The position numbers and the translations under genes were made by a program. Under the pieces are notes generated by a model. It had not been told where the DNA came from and did no database searches. It saw nothing but the letters and a program-made list of their open reading frames with translations. Positions 47,595 to 56,955 of a DNA stretch of 64,000 bases are shown piece after piece (the first letter of the stretch is position 1; each line of letters starts with the position of its first letter). Source of the stretch: an uncultured Acidobacteriaceae bacterium (GTDB lineage: Bacteria; Acidobacteriota; Terriglobia; Bryobacterales; Bryobacteraceae); NCBI GenBank assembly GCA_963754595.1, contig CAVWGO010000002.1, forward strand, positions 283,579 to 347,578, written 5' to 3'.

Positions 47595-48578
47595 CTACCG
47601 ATTCAGACTCCTGTTAGGACGAAACCGCCCGCGGAAAACGAAGAACCACAACAGCAGCGCCAAGCCCCACAACGCAATCGAGAACAGAGCGCTCATGGCC
47701 AGCCCGTGCAAGTTCTTCTCCCAGAAGGTGCGGCTTCCCGCCACCAGCCTCGCATTCCGTGGATGGGCCCGTTCATACTGAACCGCCAGGGACTGACCTG
47801 CCGTCAGTTTCGGGATGCTCCCCGCATCTATATTGTCCGCCGCTACCACCGGCTCGCGGCGGCCTTCTGGAACGAACTCGAAGGCAACGTACTGAACAGG
47901 CAGCTCCAGGCCCAATGAGGTGCCTGATTTCCGGTCGAAAAACACCTGATCGATAGTCCACTCGTTCTGCACCGTTGCTCTCCCCGGAAGGACGGCACCT
48001 TGCAGCGGAGGCATCGGGCGCGGGATTTCCCAGAAGCTGAGGACGCCAACCATACCGATTAAGCAGATGAGGATCGCAAAGACGCCGCCAGGAATCCGCA
48101 GTTTGTACCAAAGCCACAGCACGATAATCAATGCCGCGACACCGCACACCAAGCGCGACGGTATCTTCAGAAGTAGGTCCCGCCAGAGCGTAAAGATGTT
48201 TCGCCCGTCCACGCTCGCTACCGGCAGGAAGCCTGACCGGTACAAAGAATGCAGCAGTGGAATGTTCGGCAGATCCCTTTCCAGCAGATACCGCATGCTC
48301 AGGACATCGCCGCGATTGATCCCGTCGTAGCGCTCCAACGGTAGCGATACCGTCCCCAATGCAGACCACGATCGACCCGGAGGGAAGTACGAAACGGTGA
48401 CCATCGTGGACCGTGTAATGTCGTTCTCGAACGTCGAATGCCAGACTGTTTCCTGTTTGCGGGTCACCTTACCGGTAATGTCTACCCCGTGAAGCTCCCG
48501 CAACCACGCGGTCAGCAAAAAGGGGGATAGCAGACAACCCACCACGGCCAGCAGCAGGCAAAGCGGCACAAAACGCAT
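47595..48578 (-). CDS. membrane protein of unknown function with two DUF3592-like modules
   Basis: 327 aa. An N-terminal helix, two central helices and a C-terminal helix. Two soluble segments share a similar pattern (GKVTRK...VSYF... and GRATVQ...VAFEF...). Family call is tentative. Confidence 0.6.
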   Translation of the reverse strand: MRFVPLCLLLAVVGCLLSPFLLTAWLRELHGVDITGKVTRKQETVWHSTFENDITRSTMVTVSYFPPGRSWSALGTVSLPLERYDGINRGDVLSMRYLLERDLPNIPLLHSLYRSGFLPVASVDGRNIFTLWRDLLLKIPSRLVCGVAALIIVLWLWYKLRIPGGVFAILICLIGMVGVLSFWEIPRPMPPLQGAVLPGRATVQNEWTIDQVFFDRKSGTSLGLELPVQYVAFEFVPEGRREPVVAADNIDAGSIPKLTAGQSLAVQYERAHPRNARLVAGSRTFWEKNLHGLAMSALFSIALWGLALLLWFFVFRGRFRPNRSLNR

Positions 48579-48849
48579 GCTGTTGATTGTGAGGCCTCAG
48601 CCATGGAAAAGCCATCCTCCACCCGTTTGCTAGGCGCAACCACTTCCCAGTACGCGCGAGCTGGCGATGTGTTCAACTGTCTTCCAAATCGGCCGAACTT
48701 AGGGCCGCGTTCTCGTGCAATCACAGCCGAGCAAAATAAAGTTAACTCACACCCTCACAAACAGTTACCTGCAGTTTTGCGCCGCGGCCCCACCCGATTT
48801 TGCTCGACCGCATGCTACTGTCACCCTGCCCAAAGGAGTAGCCACCATC

Positions 48850-49545
48850 ATGAGAATCCGTTCCGTCGAGCGCGCCGCCGCCACCTGTCCCCAATCGATC
48901 TCTGAATTACGATTGGCTGCCAATCGCGCCAATGCACAGCTTTCAACAGGACCAACCAGCGACGCCGGCAAGCGCATCGCCTCCTTGAATGCGGTCAAAA
49001 CTGGCCTCACCGGGCAGACCGTGCTCCTGCCGAGTGACGACGCTGCTGCCTACGAAGCCATGGTCGCCACTTTTGTTAAGCAGTTTCAGCCGGCAAACCC
49101 GCCGGAGTGTCAGCTTGTGCAGAATCTTGCGGACACCCGCTGGCGTCTGAACCGTATTCCTACCCTCGAGTTCGCCCTCTTCGCCCGCGGCCGTCAAGAG
49201 TTCGCCGAGAAATTCGCTGCGCACGAGCCAGCGCTCGCAAGTGCTCTTGTCGATGCCGAAACACTCGTGGCGTACGCCAAACAGCTCAAGAATCTGCACA
49301 CTCAGGAAGGGCGTCTCCGTCGTCAGTTTCAGCAGGACTTAGCCGAACTCAAGGCCTCGCAAGCGGAGCGCAGGGAAGCAGAAGCCGGGATTGCTGCCAA
49401 CGCCGCTGGCTCCAAGGCTCCAGCGGAATCCGTTTCGGCCGCTGCTGCTGCTGCTGGGTTCGAATTTGCAGCGACGGAAGGTAGCGATCCTAAATCGCAG
49501 CAGGCACATAAAGCGCCATGGGAAGGCCTCGACACAGCCGCCTGA
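48850..49545 (+). CDS. hypothetical helical protein with Ala-rich tail
   Basis: GGAG RBS before the ATG at 48850. ANRANAQLSTGPTSDAGKRIASLNAVKTGLTG... WRLNRIP... coiled-coil-like LRRQFQQDLAELKASQAERREAEA. I recognise no family. Confidence 0.55.
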   Translation: MRIRSVERAAATCPQSISELRLAANRANAQLSTGPTSDAGKRIASLNAVKTGLTGQTVLLPSDDAAAYEAMVATFVKQFQPANPPECQLVQNLADTRWRLNRIPTLEFALFARGRQEFAEKFAAHEPALASALVDAETLVAYAKQLKNLHTQEGRLRRQFQQDLAELKASQAERREAEAGIAANAAGSKAPAESVSAAAAAAGFEFAATEGSDPKSQQAHKAPWEGLDTAA

Positions 49546-49597
49546 GCAGAACAGAAGCGGCCTCTTCTTACCGTTTCCAGTTCTACCATCGAAGGGA

Positions 49598-50725
49598 ATG
49601 ACTGACCTTTTCACAACCTGGCCAGCCGTCGTCCATACCTGCGCCGTTCTTGGCGGCGCCGTCGCCATCGGGATGCTCCTCGATGCGATTCTCTTTCGCC
49701 TTCTCCGTCGCTTCACGCTCACCACCGCTACCAGACTCGACGACACCGTCGTAGATCAACTGCACGGCCCCATGAAGCTCATCCTGCCCATTGCCGCCGT
49801 GCTGTCGGTACTGCCCACGCTGTTCCTTCCAGACCGGCTGGAAGACCGTGTGCGCCACGTGTTGGGTTTGTTTTTGCTCGCGGCGGTCGCATGGCTGGCG
49901 ATTGCTTTCGTCACCGTGATGGAGGTGTTCGTCTCCTCGCATTACAGCGTCGATGTACCCGACAACCTTACTGCCCGGCGCATTCGAACGCAAACCGCCG
50001 TGCTCCGCCGCATTCTGGTCGTTCTCATCTCCTTAGTTGCACTTGCGGTCGGCCTTATGAGCTTTCCCGGCATTCGCCAGGTCGGTGCCAGTCTGCTCGC
50101 CTCCGCTGGCCTCGCAGGATTGGTCATCGGCTTAGCTGCGCGGCCGGTGATCGCTAACTTACTCGCGGGCATGCAACTCGCGTTGTCTGGTCCCATTCGT
50201 CTCGACGATGTAGTCATCATCGAAGGCGAGTACGGCCACATTGAAGAGATCACCACCACTTACGTTGTGGTCAAGATTTGGGATCTGCGCCGGCTGTTGG
50301 TGCCTCTCTCGTACTTCATTGAGAAACCGTTTCAAAACTGGACGCGCACTTCCTCTGATCTGCTTGGCACCGTCTTTCTCTACACCGACTACCAAACTCC
50401 TGTGGACGAGCTACGCACGGAGTTGCATCGTGTGTTGCAAAGCACAACTCTCTGGGATGGCAAAGTCTGGAACTTACAAGTCACAAATGCGACCGATCGT
50501 AGCGTGGAACTCCGTGCCCTGATGAGCGCCGCCGATTCCAGCAAGGCCTGGGACCTGCGCTGCTACGTTCGCGAAGCACTCATCCGCTACCTCCAGCAGC
50601 AGTACCCGGCTAGCCTGCCGCATCTCCGCGCAGAGTTGAAACGCGATGGCAGTCCGGGTACCCCGCGGGAACCGGACGTTCAATCCGCCGCGTCGTCGCA
50701 GCTCGATAGTAGCGCCGCTACTTGA
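49598..50725 (+). CDS. MscS-family mechanosensitive channel
   Basis: Transmembrane helices followed by GLAGLVIGLAARPVIANLLAGMQLALSGPIRLDDVVIIEGEYGHIEEITTTYVVVKIWD. Confidence 0.85.
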   Translation: MTDLFTTWPAVVHTCAVLGGAVAIGMLLDAILFRLLRRFTLTTATRLDDTVVDQLHGPMKLILPIAAVLSVLPTLFLPDRLEDRVRHVLGLFLLAAVAWLAIAFVTVMEVFVSSHYSVDVPDNLTARRIRTQTAVLRRILVVLISLVALAVGLMSFPGIRQVGASLLASAGLAGLVIGLAARPVIANLLAGMQLALSGPIRLDDVVIIEGEYGHIEEITTTYVVVKIWDLRRLLVPLSYFIEKPFQNWTRTSSDLLGTVFLYTDYQTPVDELRTELHRVLQSTTLWDGKVWNLQVTNATDRSVELRALMSAADSSKAWDLRCYVREALIRYLQQQYPASLPHLRAELKRDGSPGTPREPDVQSAASSQLDSSAAT

Positions 50726-50829
50726 TGGCATGCTGGTGGCTCAGCTAACAGCGAACCAGAACTTGTACTTACGTGGTCTCGCAATGGTGAGCAGTTCCTT
50801 TGGTGGGCGTCTTCCACACGAGGAGACTC

Positions 50830-51651
50830 ATGGCGACTAACACAAATCCGTCACCGGACGGGAACAGACAATTTGCAGTGGTAACCGGTGCGTCCACCGG
50901 AATCGGCTACGAACTTGCTAAGCAATTTGCCCAGAATGGATTCGATCTGCTTATCGTCTCCGAAGACAACGGCATTCAACTGGCCGCCGAAGAGATCGGC
51001 CGCTTAGGCGCCCATGTAGAAGCGGTTCAGGCTGATCTGACCGATCACGACGGTGTCCACAAGCTGCAGCAGGCCATCCAAGCGGCCGGTCGCCCGGTGG
51101 ATGCCATCGCCATCAACGCGGGCGTCGGCGTCAGCGGCCCGTTTGTCGAGACAGACCTGGCGGAAGAGTTAAAGCTGATTCGCTTGAACGTGATTTCTAC
51201 TGTTCATCTGGCGAAGTTCATCACCAAGGAAATGACCGCCCGTGGCAGCGGCCGCATTCTGTTTACTGCCTCGATTGCTGGAGCCATGCCGACCCCGTTC
51301 GAGGCTATTTACGGCGCCAGTAAAGCATTCGTACGATCTTTATCCCAAAGCCTGCGCGAAGAGTTGAAGAACAGCGGAGTTTCTGTAACGGCGCTCATGC
51401 CAGGGGCCACTGAAACCAACTTCTTCCATCGCGCAGGGGCGGACGATACCAAGCTCGGTGCCGGCGAGAAGGACGATCCGGCAGAGGTAGCCAAAGAAGG
51501 CTTTGAAGCACTCATGGCAGGGAAGGATCACGTCGTTACCGGTGCTCTGAAGAACAAAGTTATGGCTGCCGCCGGGTATGCGCTGCCTGATCCGTTGGTG
51601 GCGAAAGCACATGCCGCACAATCCGCACCGGGGTCGGCCAGCAAGAAGTAA
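50830..51651 (+). CDS. SDR-family oxidoreductase
   Basis: FAVVTGASTGIGYELAKQF, NAGVG, YGASKAF. GAGGAG RBS. Confidence 0.9.
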   Translation: MATNTNPSPDGNRQFAVVTGASTGIGYELAKQFAQNGFDLLIVSEDNGIQLAAEEIGRLGAHVEAVQADLTDHDGVHKLQQAIQAAGRPVDAIAINAGVGVSGPFVETDLAEELKLIRLNVISTVHLAKFITKEMTARGSGRILFTASIAGAMPTPFEAIYGASKAFVRSLSQSLREELKNSGVSVTALMPGATETNFFHRAGADDTKLGAGEKDDPAEVAKEGFEALMAGKDHVVTGALKNKVMAAAGYALPDPLVAKAHAAQSAPGSASKK

Positions 51652-51676
51652 GCCAGGCTCGGGAGAAATGACGCCG

Positions 51677-53416
51677 CTACATGCGCGGTACGCCATGCGA
51701 AAACGTGCCGGCCACGGCTAGTGACCGGCGCACCGGTGGCGGCGTCATGTCCCGTTCTTCTGAAGCGAACGTTTTTTGGCCTTGTGAGATCAGATAGTCC
51801 GCCGTGCGTGCCGCTAAAGCCTGAATGGTCAGCCCTGGATTCGCCGAACCCTGAGTCGGGAGAATGCTGCCATCGCAAACAAATAGATTGGCCACGTCAT
51901 GAGTTCGGCCAAATTTGTCTACCACTGAGGTTTCGGGATTCGCGCCCATGCGTGAGGCGCCTACCAGGTGGGCGTAGCGCGACTCCTGCACCACTTCCTC
52001 CGCACCGGCGGCGCGCATGATGTCCATTACCTTGTTCTTGCCGTATTCAATCAGCTTTTTATCGTTGTCGTATAGATCGAAGTTCACCTTCGCGACAGGA
52101 ATCCCAAACCGGTCTTTGTCTTCCGCCAGCGTCACTCGGTTGTTTGCCCAAGGCAAAATTTCGCCAAGCACTCCGAGTGCCGCCCAGTGGTTATAGTCCA
52201 TCATTACGCGGCGCATGCCCCAGCCCCAGGCACCCTTCGCCGCCGCCATTTGTTTGGCGAAGGCAATCGGGAGAGGACCTACCGTCTGAACGGCGAATCC
52301 CCGAGCGAATCCACGGCGCCAATCCGTTTCGTAAAACTCCTCCGTCAGCGCGTGCGCAGGCGGTGCTTTGTACATGCGGATCAGGTTTTCAAATCGTCCC
52401 AGCACCACATTTCCTGCCTGCGCCATAAGGTAGCGCCCCACGGTGTCGCTCGAGTTCGCAAGCCCGTTTTCGTGTCCCGGACACGCCGAATTTAGCAACA
52501 GACGAGGTGTCTCAATGGCATAGCCTGAAACAATAACCGCCCGTGCGCGTTGAAAGTGTTCGTGTCCGTCGCGATCGTAGTAATGCACTCCGTTTACACG
52601 CTGCTTGTTTTCCATCCCGATGCGGAACGCCATGCAGTGGTCGCGGATCTCCGCACCGTGTTCCAGTGCTTCCGGAACGTGTGTGATTAGAGTGCTGGCC
52701 TTCGCCCCGACCTTGCAGCCTTGTATGCAGAAGCCGCGATAGATGCAATGTGGGCGATCCCCGTGCGAACCGGAAAGAATAGCCACCGGTCCTCCGGCGC
52801 ATACGCGAATGCCAAGCTTCGTGCAGCCATCCACCAACACGTCCCCCACGGCCCCCATCGGATGCGGCCCATACGCGTAGCCGTGCGGGTCTCCCCACGG
52901 AAAATACGCCGGGCCCGCTACCGGAATCTCGCGTTCCAGCAGTTCGTAATACGGCTTCAGCTCCTCGTAAGCGAGTGGCCAGTCTGTACCAACACCGTCC
53001 TGGCTGTAAACGCGAAAGTCGGACGGGTGAAAGCGCGGGCAAAATGCAGCCCAGTGTACCGATCCGCCGCCTACGCCTTTGCCGCTGTTGTTTGCTCCCA
53101 GGCTGAGCGGATCCTTCCCGCCAGTCACGCGCAGGTCGTTCCAATACAGTTGGTGGGAACCGGCTTCATCGCTTACCCAATCGCGTTCGGTATCCCAGAA
53201 CGGGCCTGCTTCCAGGCCCACGACGCTGAACCCCGCCTTAGAGAGCCGCTGTAGCAATACACCCCCGGCAGAACCAACGCCCACAACCACGAAGTCCACC
53301 AATTCGCTCTCGCCAAAGCGCCCGGGAGGGCGCTTAATGCGCTGCAGTGGCCCAAGTATGTGTTTGTGCTCGTGCGGTGCTTCGAACTCGCCGCCGATGG
53401 GTGCACGCGCGCTCAA
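51677..53416 (-). CDS. GMC-family FAD oxidoreductase (gluconate 2-dehydrogenase flavoprotein-like)
   Basis: VDFVVVGVGSAGGVLLQRLSKAGFSVVGLEAGP. C-terminal ..LFVCDGSILPT. TTG start with an AAGGAGG RBS, overlapping the upstream stop. Confidence 0.9.
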   Translation of the reverse strand: MSARAPIGGEFEAPHEHKHILGPLQRIKRPPGRFGESELVDFVVVGVGSAGGVLLQRLSKAGFSVVGLEAGPFWDTERDWVSDEAGSHQLYWNDLRVTGGKDPLSLGANNSGKGVGGGSVHWAAFCPRFHPSDFRVYSQDGVGTDWPLAYEELKPYYELLEREIPVAGPAYFPWGDPHGYAYGPHPMGAVGDVLVDGCTKLGIRVCAGGPVAILSGSHGDRPHCIYRGFCIQGCKVGAKASTLITHVPEALEHGAEIRDHCMAFRIGMENKQRVNGVHYYDRDGHEHFQRARAVIVSGYAIETPRLLLNSACPGHENGLANSSDTVGRYLMAQAGNVVLGRFENLIRMYKAPPAHALTEEFYETDWRRGFARGFAVQTVGPLPIAFAKQMAAAKGAWGWGMRRVMMDYNHWAALGVLGEILPWANNRVTLAEDKDRFGIPVAKVNFDLYDNDKKLIEYGKNKVMDIMRAAGAEEVVQESRYAHLVGASRMGANPETSVVDKFGRTHDVANLFVCDGSILPTQGSANPGLTIQALAARTADYLISQGQKTFASEERDMTPPPVRRSLAVAGTFSHGVPRM

Positions 53417-54124
53417 TGTGTGCCTCCTTGACCGGAATGGCTCTGCTCGCCGCTACCGGAATGCTCCTCGAAGACGTCCGAGATGGAATCCACCGGCGCC
53501 TGCCATTCGTAACGCTTCTCATTCACTTCCCACGGTTCCGGTAAGCCACCCTCCAGGCGCATGTAAGCGCGCGGATAGGCCGGACCACCGAAGCCGACTT
53601 CATCCCACGCCCAAGGATGCGCGTAATACGCGGTCACACAGTCCCCGATCAGCAACTCCCAAAAGCGGTGCATGGCCATTTGGCACCAGATCTCGTGGGC
53701 CGCTAATTGCTTTCCATCATGGATCGATTTGAGAATGAATTCCTGTTTCAAACGATCGAGCGAGGCGAAGGGTTGCTGGTGAATGGCTCGTGCGGTCTCG
53801 TCGATCGCTCGAATGCCTAACCGGTAAGCTTCGCGGTCGGGCGGCATGTCTTCATAGCGGTACCCCTCAATGCGACCGTCAAACAAGCGCTCGTCGATGA
53901 CATTCACAATGGGTATCCGGCAGCTCGGCAAGGCGGTCGTCTTGCGGTACCATGCGCTCGCAAATGGCGGTGATGGTGGGCAGTTCTTGTTCCGTGAAGA
54001 AACGAATGGGCGGCGTGTTGGCAACACGTTTCTCCACAAGCTCTCGCGTTGCAGCGTCCCAAAACTTCTTCTGCTTCAGAGTGCTGTAGCCGGGATAGTA
54101 TCCCGGTTGCCTCACTTGTTTCAC
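53413..54124 (-). pseudogene. gluconate 2-dehydrogenase subunit-3-like small subunit, one frameshift (length 712 nt)
   Basis: GTG start with a GGAGG RBS. The N-part VKQVRQPGYYPGYSTLKQKKFWDAATRELVEKRVANTPPIRFFTEQELPTITAICERMVPQDD joins, after a 1-nt shift near 53925-53945, to IPIVNVIDERLFDGRIEGYRYEDMP...VTAYYAHPWAWDEVGFGGPAYP. Confidence 0.7.
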
Positions 54125-55035
54125 TTGCCATCCTCCCGTCTTAAGGCGCTCGCCAGTAATCCAAGCGCCCCGCACGCAGCAAACAACAGGGGCGCGAAGA
54201 TAGGCGGACCATACAGGACGTTATAAAGCCAGGTCTTACGGCCGCCGGGCCGGCGCAGGATGCCCCTTGCGTGATAACCAAAGCCGACCGCGCCATCTAC
54301 CACTGCAAGCGCCGATGAAACAGGAAGAAGCGTTTTCGCTGCGCGCTCGCTATACACTGCGGCAACGCATGCCGCCACCTGAATGGGCGCCAGGATCACC
54401 GGCGTCCATTGCGCCCAGATTCGAAACGCGCTCTTGTAATGCGAGTACCACGCTTCAAACCCGGAGAACACAGCCCAAAGGGCAGACACAACCGCAAGGT
54501 GCTTCTGGAACTTGCCCTCGTGCAACTCGCGACGCCATCCTGATTGGTACAGCATCGGCTGATCTGCGGTTGCATTCTCGACCCGCAGGTAGGAAGCCAT
54601 GACACCCAGATAGGCTGCGGTGCCGAATAGCAGCGGGGCAAAGATCGGCGGACCCATGATGATGTTGGTTACGGGCAATCGCCATCCGCCCGGCTTTCGG
54701 TAAATGCCACGAATATGGAATCCGAACCCAATCACACCGTCGGCTAGTGTGATCAACGAAACGGAGCGCATAAAGGTCCGGGCAGCCTTCTCACTAACCA
54801 CCCCGGCCGAGGCAGCAATCGTCAGCACGCCGCCAAGCAAGACAGGCGTGTACATGATGGGATTGCTGTAACTTCCCTTGTAGTGTTCGTAGCCTACCTC
54901 CAGCGTGCTCACGAGGCTGGAACCAGCCGTTACGAAGGCCAGAGACTTCTGGAAGCGTCCTTCCCGTATGTGCTCGAGCGTGGTATCCGCAAGCTGTTTC
55001 CAAGGCGCCAGAGAAGTTTCCGAATGACTTTGCAT
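54121..55035 (-). CDS. integral membrane protein with an internal duplication, first gene of the GMC module
   Basis: The two halves align: FQKSLAFVTAG...GFGFHIRGIYRKPGGW...GPPIFAPLLFGTAAYLG versus FQKHLAVVSAL...GFGYHARGILRRPGGR...GPPIFAPLLFAACGALG. Confidence 0.7.
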   Translation of the reverse strand: MQSHSETSLAPWKQLADTTLEHIREGRFQKSLAFVTAGSSLVSTLEVGYEHYKGSYSNPIMYTPVLLGGVLTIAASAGVVSEKAARTFMRSVSLITLADGVIGFGFHIRGIYRKPGGWRLPVTNIIMGPPIFAPLLFGTAAYLGVMASYLRVENATADQPMLYQSGWRRELHEGKFQKHLAVVSALWAVFSGFEAWYSHYKSAFRIWAQWTPVILAPIQVAACVAAVYSERAAKTLLPVSSALAVVDGAVGFGYHARGILRRPGGRKTWLYNVLYGPPIFAPLLFAACGALGLLASALRREDGK

Positions 55036-55202
55036 GCAGTGGGGAGCTTAGGCCAATCCATAGCCTAGACGATCGAAAGCCCGAAGTGTTGCGAGAACTT
55101 CACGCTGCCAATGTTCACAGCAGGCATGCGATACAGTCGACCCGTTGCCAGATTGGGTCGTTACGTTTAGTAAGCCCAGTGGTCTTAGTTGTGGAGCTTA
55201 AA

Positions 55203-56954
55203 ATGGCGATCACGACGGGCGAGATTATCATTCAGACACTCATTAACTGGGGTGTGGATACCATCTTCGGCATTCCGGGCGATGGAATTAATGGATTGAT
55301 CGAAGCGCTTCGAAAGTCACAGGATAAGATTCGCTTTATCCAAACGCGTCATGAAGAAGCTGCCGCCTTTGCAGCGGTGGGGTACGCGAAGACAACGAAC
55401 AAGCTGGGCGTATGTATCGCGACATCGGGCCCAGGCGGCATTCATCTTTTGAATGGCCTGTACGACGCGAAAATGGATGGCCAACCGGTGCTCGCCATTA
55501 CTGGTCTCCAGTTTCACGACCTGATTGGAACGCACACCCAACAAGATGTCGCGCTCGACAAGTTGTTCATGGATGTCAGCGTTTATAACGAGCGCGTGAT
55601 GGGTGCCGCTGCGGCAGAAAACATTACAGAACTGGCGATTCGAACCGCGCTTGCGCGCAAGGGCGTCGCACATATCACGGTGCCAACCGACGTTCAGGAC
55701 CAGACGTTGGATAAAGATCAGCGATCGATGCGCAACAAGCCGCATCACGTCAATGCCGAGTTCGCCATTGGTGCGCGCCGCCCGACAACACCGGAGTTGA
55801 ACGAGGCGGCACAGATTCTGAATAGCGGGAAGAAGATAGCTATTCTGGCGGGCCGCGGCGCGCTGGGAGCCGGTAGACAGCTGGAGCAGGCCGCTGAGAT
55901 CCTGGGTGCGCCAATCATCAAGGCCTTGCTTGGCAAGTCGTGTGTGCCCGATAACAGCCCCTACACCACTGGCGGTCTCGGTCTGCTCGGAACACTGCCG
56001 TCCCAGGATGCGATGGAAGAATGCGACACCCTGTTCATCATCGGAACCAGCTTGCCTTACATCGAGTTCTATCCCAAGCCGGGGCAGGCAAAATGTGTGC
56101 AGATTGACATCGATCCGGCCAGGATCTCGCTTCGCTATCCGGCCGATGTCGCTCTGGTGGGCGACTCAGTCGAAACGTTGAATGCGCTACTTCCGCTGTT
56201 AAAGAAGAAAAGCAAGTCGTTCCTGGAGAAGGCGCAGGATCGCATGAAGGATTGGAACGAACTGCTGAAGACGCGCGGCACTGCCACAGATTTTCCAATG
56301 AAGCCCCAAGTGGTCGGTTATGAGTTGGGGAAGAGGCTGCCGAAGAACGCAATTGTTACCGGCGACTCCGGAACGAATACAACCTGGTGGGCGCGCTATG
56401 TGCCTTCTCTCGAAGGGCAACTGCATACCTGTTCGGGCAACCTAGCTACGATGGCGCCGGGCTTGCCTTACGCTATTGGCGCGCAGGTAGCTCATCCGGA
56501 CCGCCCGGTGTTTGCATTCGTCGGAGACGGCGGCTTGACGATGTTGATCGGCGAACTGGCAACTTGCGTCAAGTACAAGCTGCCCATCAAGATCATCGTC
56601 ATCAAGAACAACTCATTGGGTCAAATCAAGTGGGAACAGATGGTCTTTCTCGGCAATCCGGAGTATGTCTGCGACTTACAGCCAATCGACTTTGTAACTG
56701 TGGCGAAGGGGTTCGGCGTTCCCGGCTTCTCTATCAAGTACGCTGGCGAATGCGGCCACGTACTCGATAGCGCGTTGGCGGTTCCGGGACCGGCGCTGAT
56801 TGAATGCACCGTCGATGAGAACGAGCCGCCGATGCCGGCCAAGATCAAGTCGACACAAGCTATTCACTTTGCAGAGTCAATGGCACGCGGCACCAAGGAC
56901 TGGCAGAAAATCGCGGCTACCATCGCAAAAGACCGGGTGCGCGAGTTGGTCTAA
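55203..56954 (+). CDS. thiamine-diphosphate enzyme, pyruvate oxidase/dehydrogenase (PoxB)-like
   Basis: IFGIPGDGINGLIEAL...RHEEAAAFAAVGYAK...SGPGGIHLLNGLYDA. TPP-binding GDGGLTMLIGELAT...IIVIKNNSLG. Confidence 0.85.
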   Translation: MAITTGEIIIQTLINWGVDTIFGIPGDGINGLIEALRKSQDKIRFIQTRHEEAAAFAAVGYAKTTNKLGVCIATSGPGGIHLLNGLYDAKMDGQPVLAITGLQFHDLIGTHTQQDVALDKLFMDVSVYNERVMGAAAAENITELAIRTALARKGVAHITVPTDVQDQTLDKDQRSMRNKPHHVNAEFAIGARRPTTPELNEAAQILNSGKKIAILAGRGALGAGRQLEQAAEILGAPIIKALLGKSCVPDNSPYTTGGLGLLGTLPSQDAMEECDTLFIIGTSLPYIEFYPKPGQAKCVQIDIDPARISLRYPADVALVGDSVETLNALLPLLKKKSKSFLEKAQDRMKDWNELLKTRGTATDFPMKPQVVGYELGKRLPKNAIVTGDSGTNTTWWARYVPSLEGQLHTCSGNLATMAPGLPYAIGAQVAHPDRPVFAFVGDGGLTMLIGELATCVKYKLPIKIIVIKNNSLGQIKWEQMVFLGNPEYVCDLQPIDFVTVAKGFGVPGFSIKYAGECGHVLDSALAVPGPALIECTVDENEPPMPAKIKSTQAIHFAESMARGTKDWQKIAATIAKDRVRELV

Positions 56955-56955
56955 C

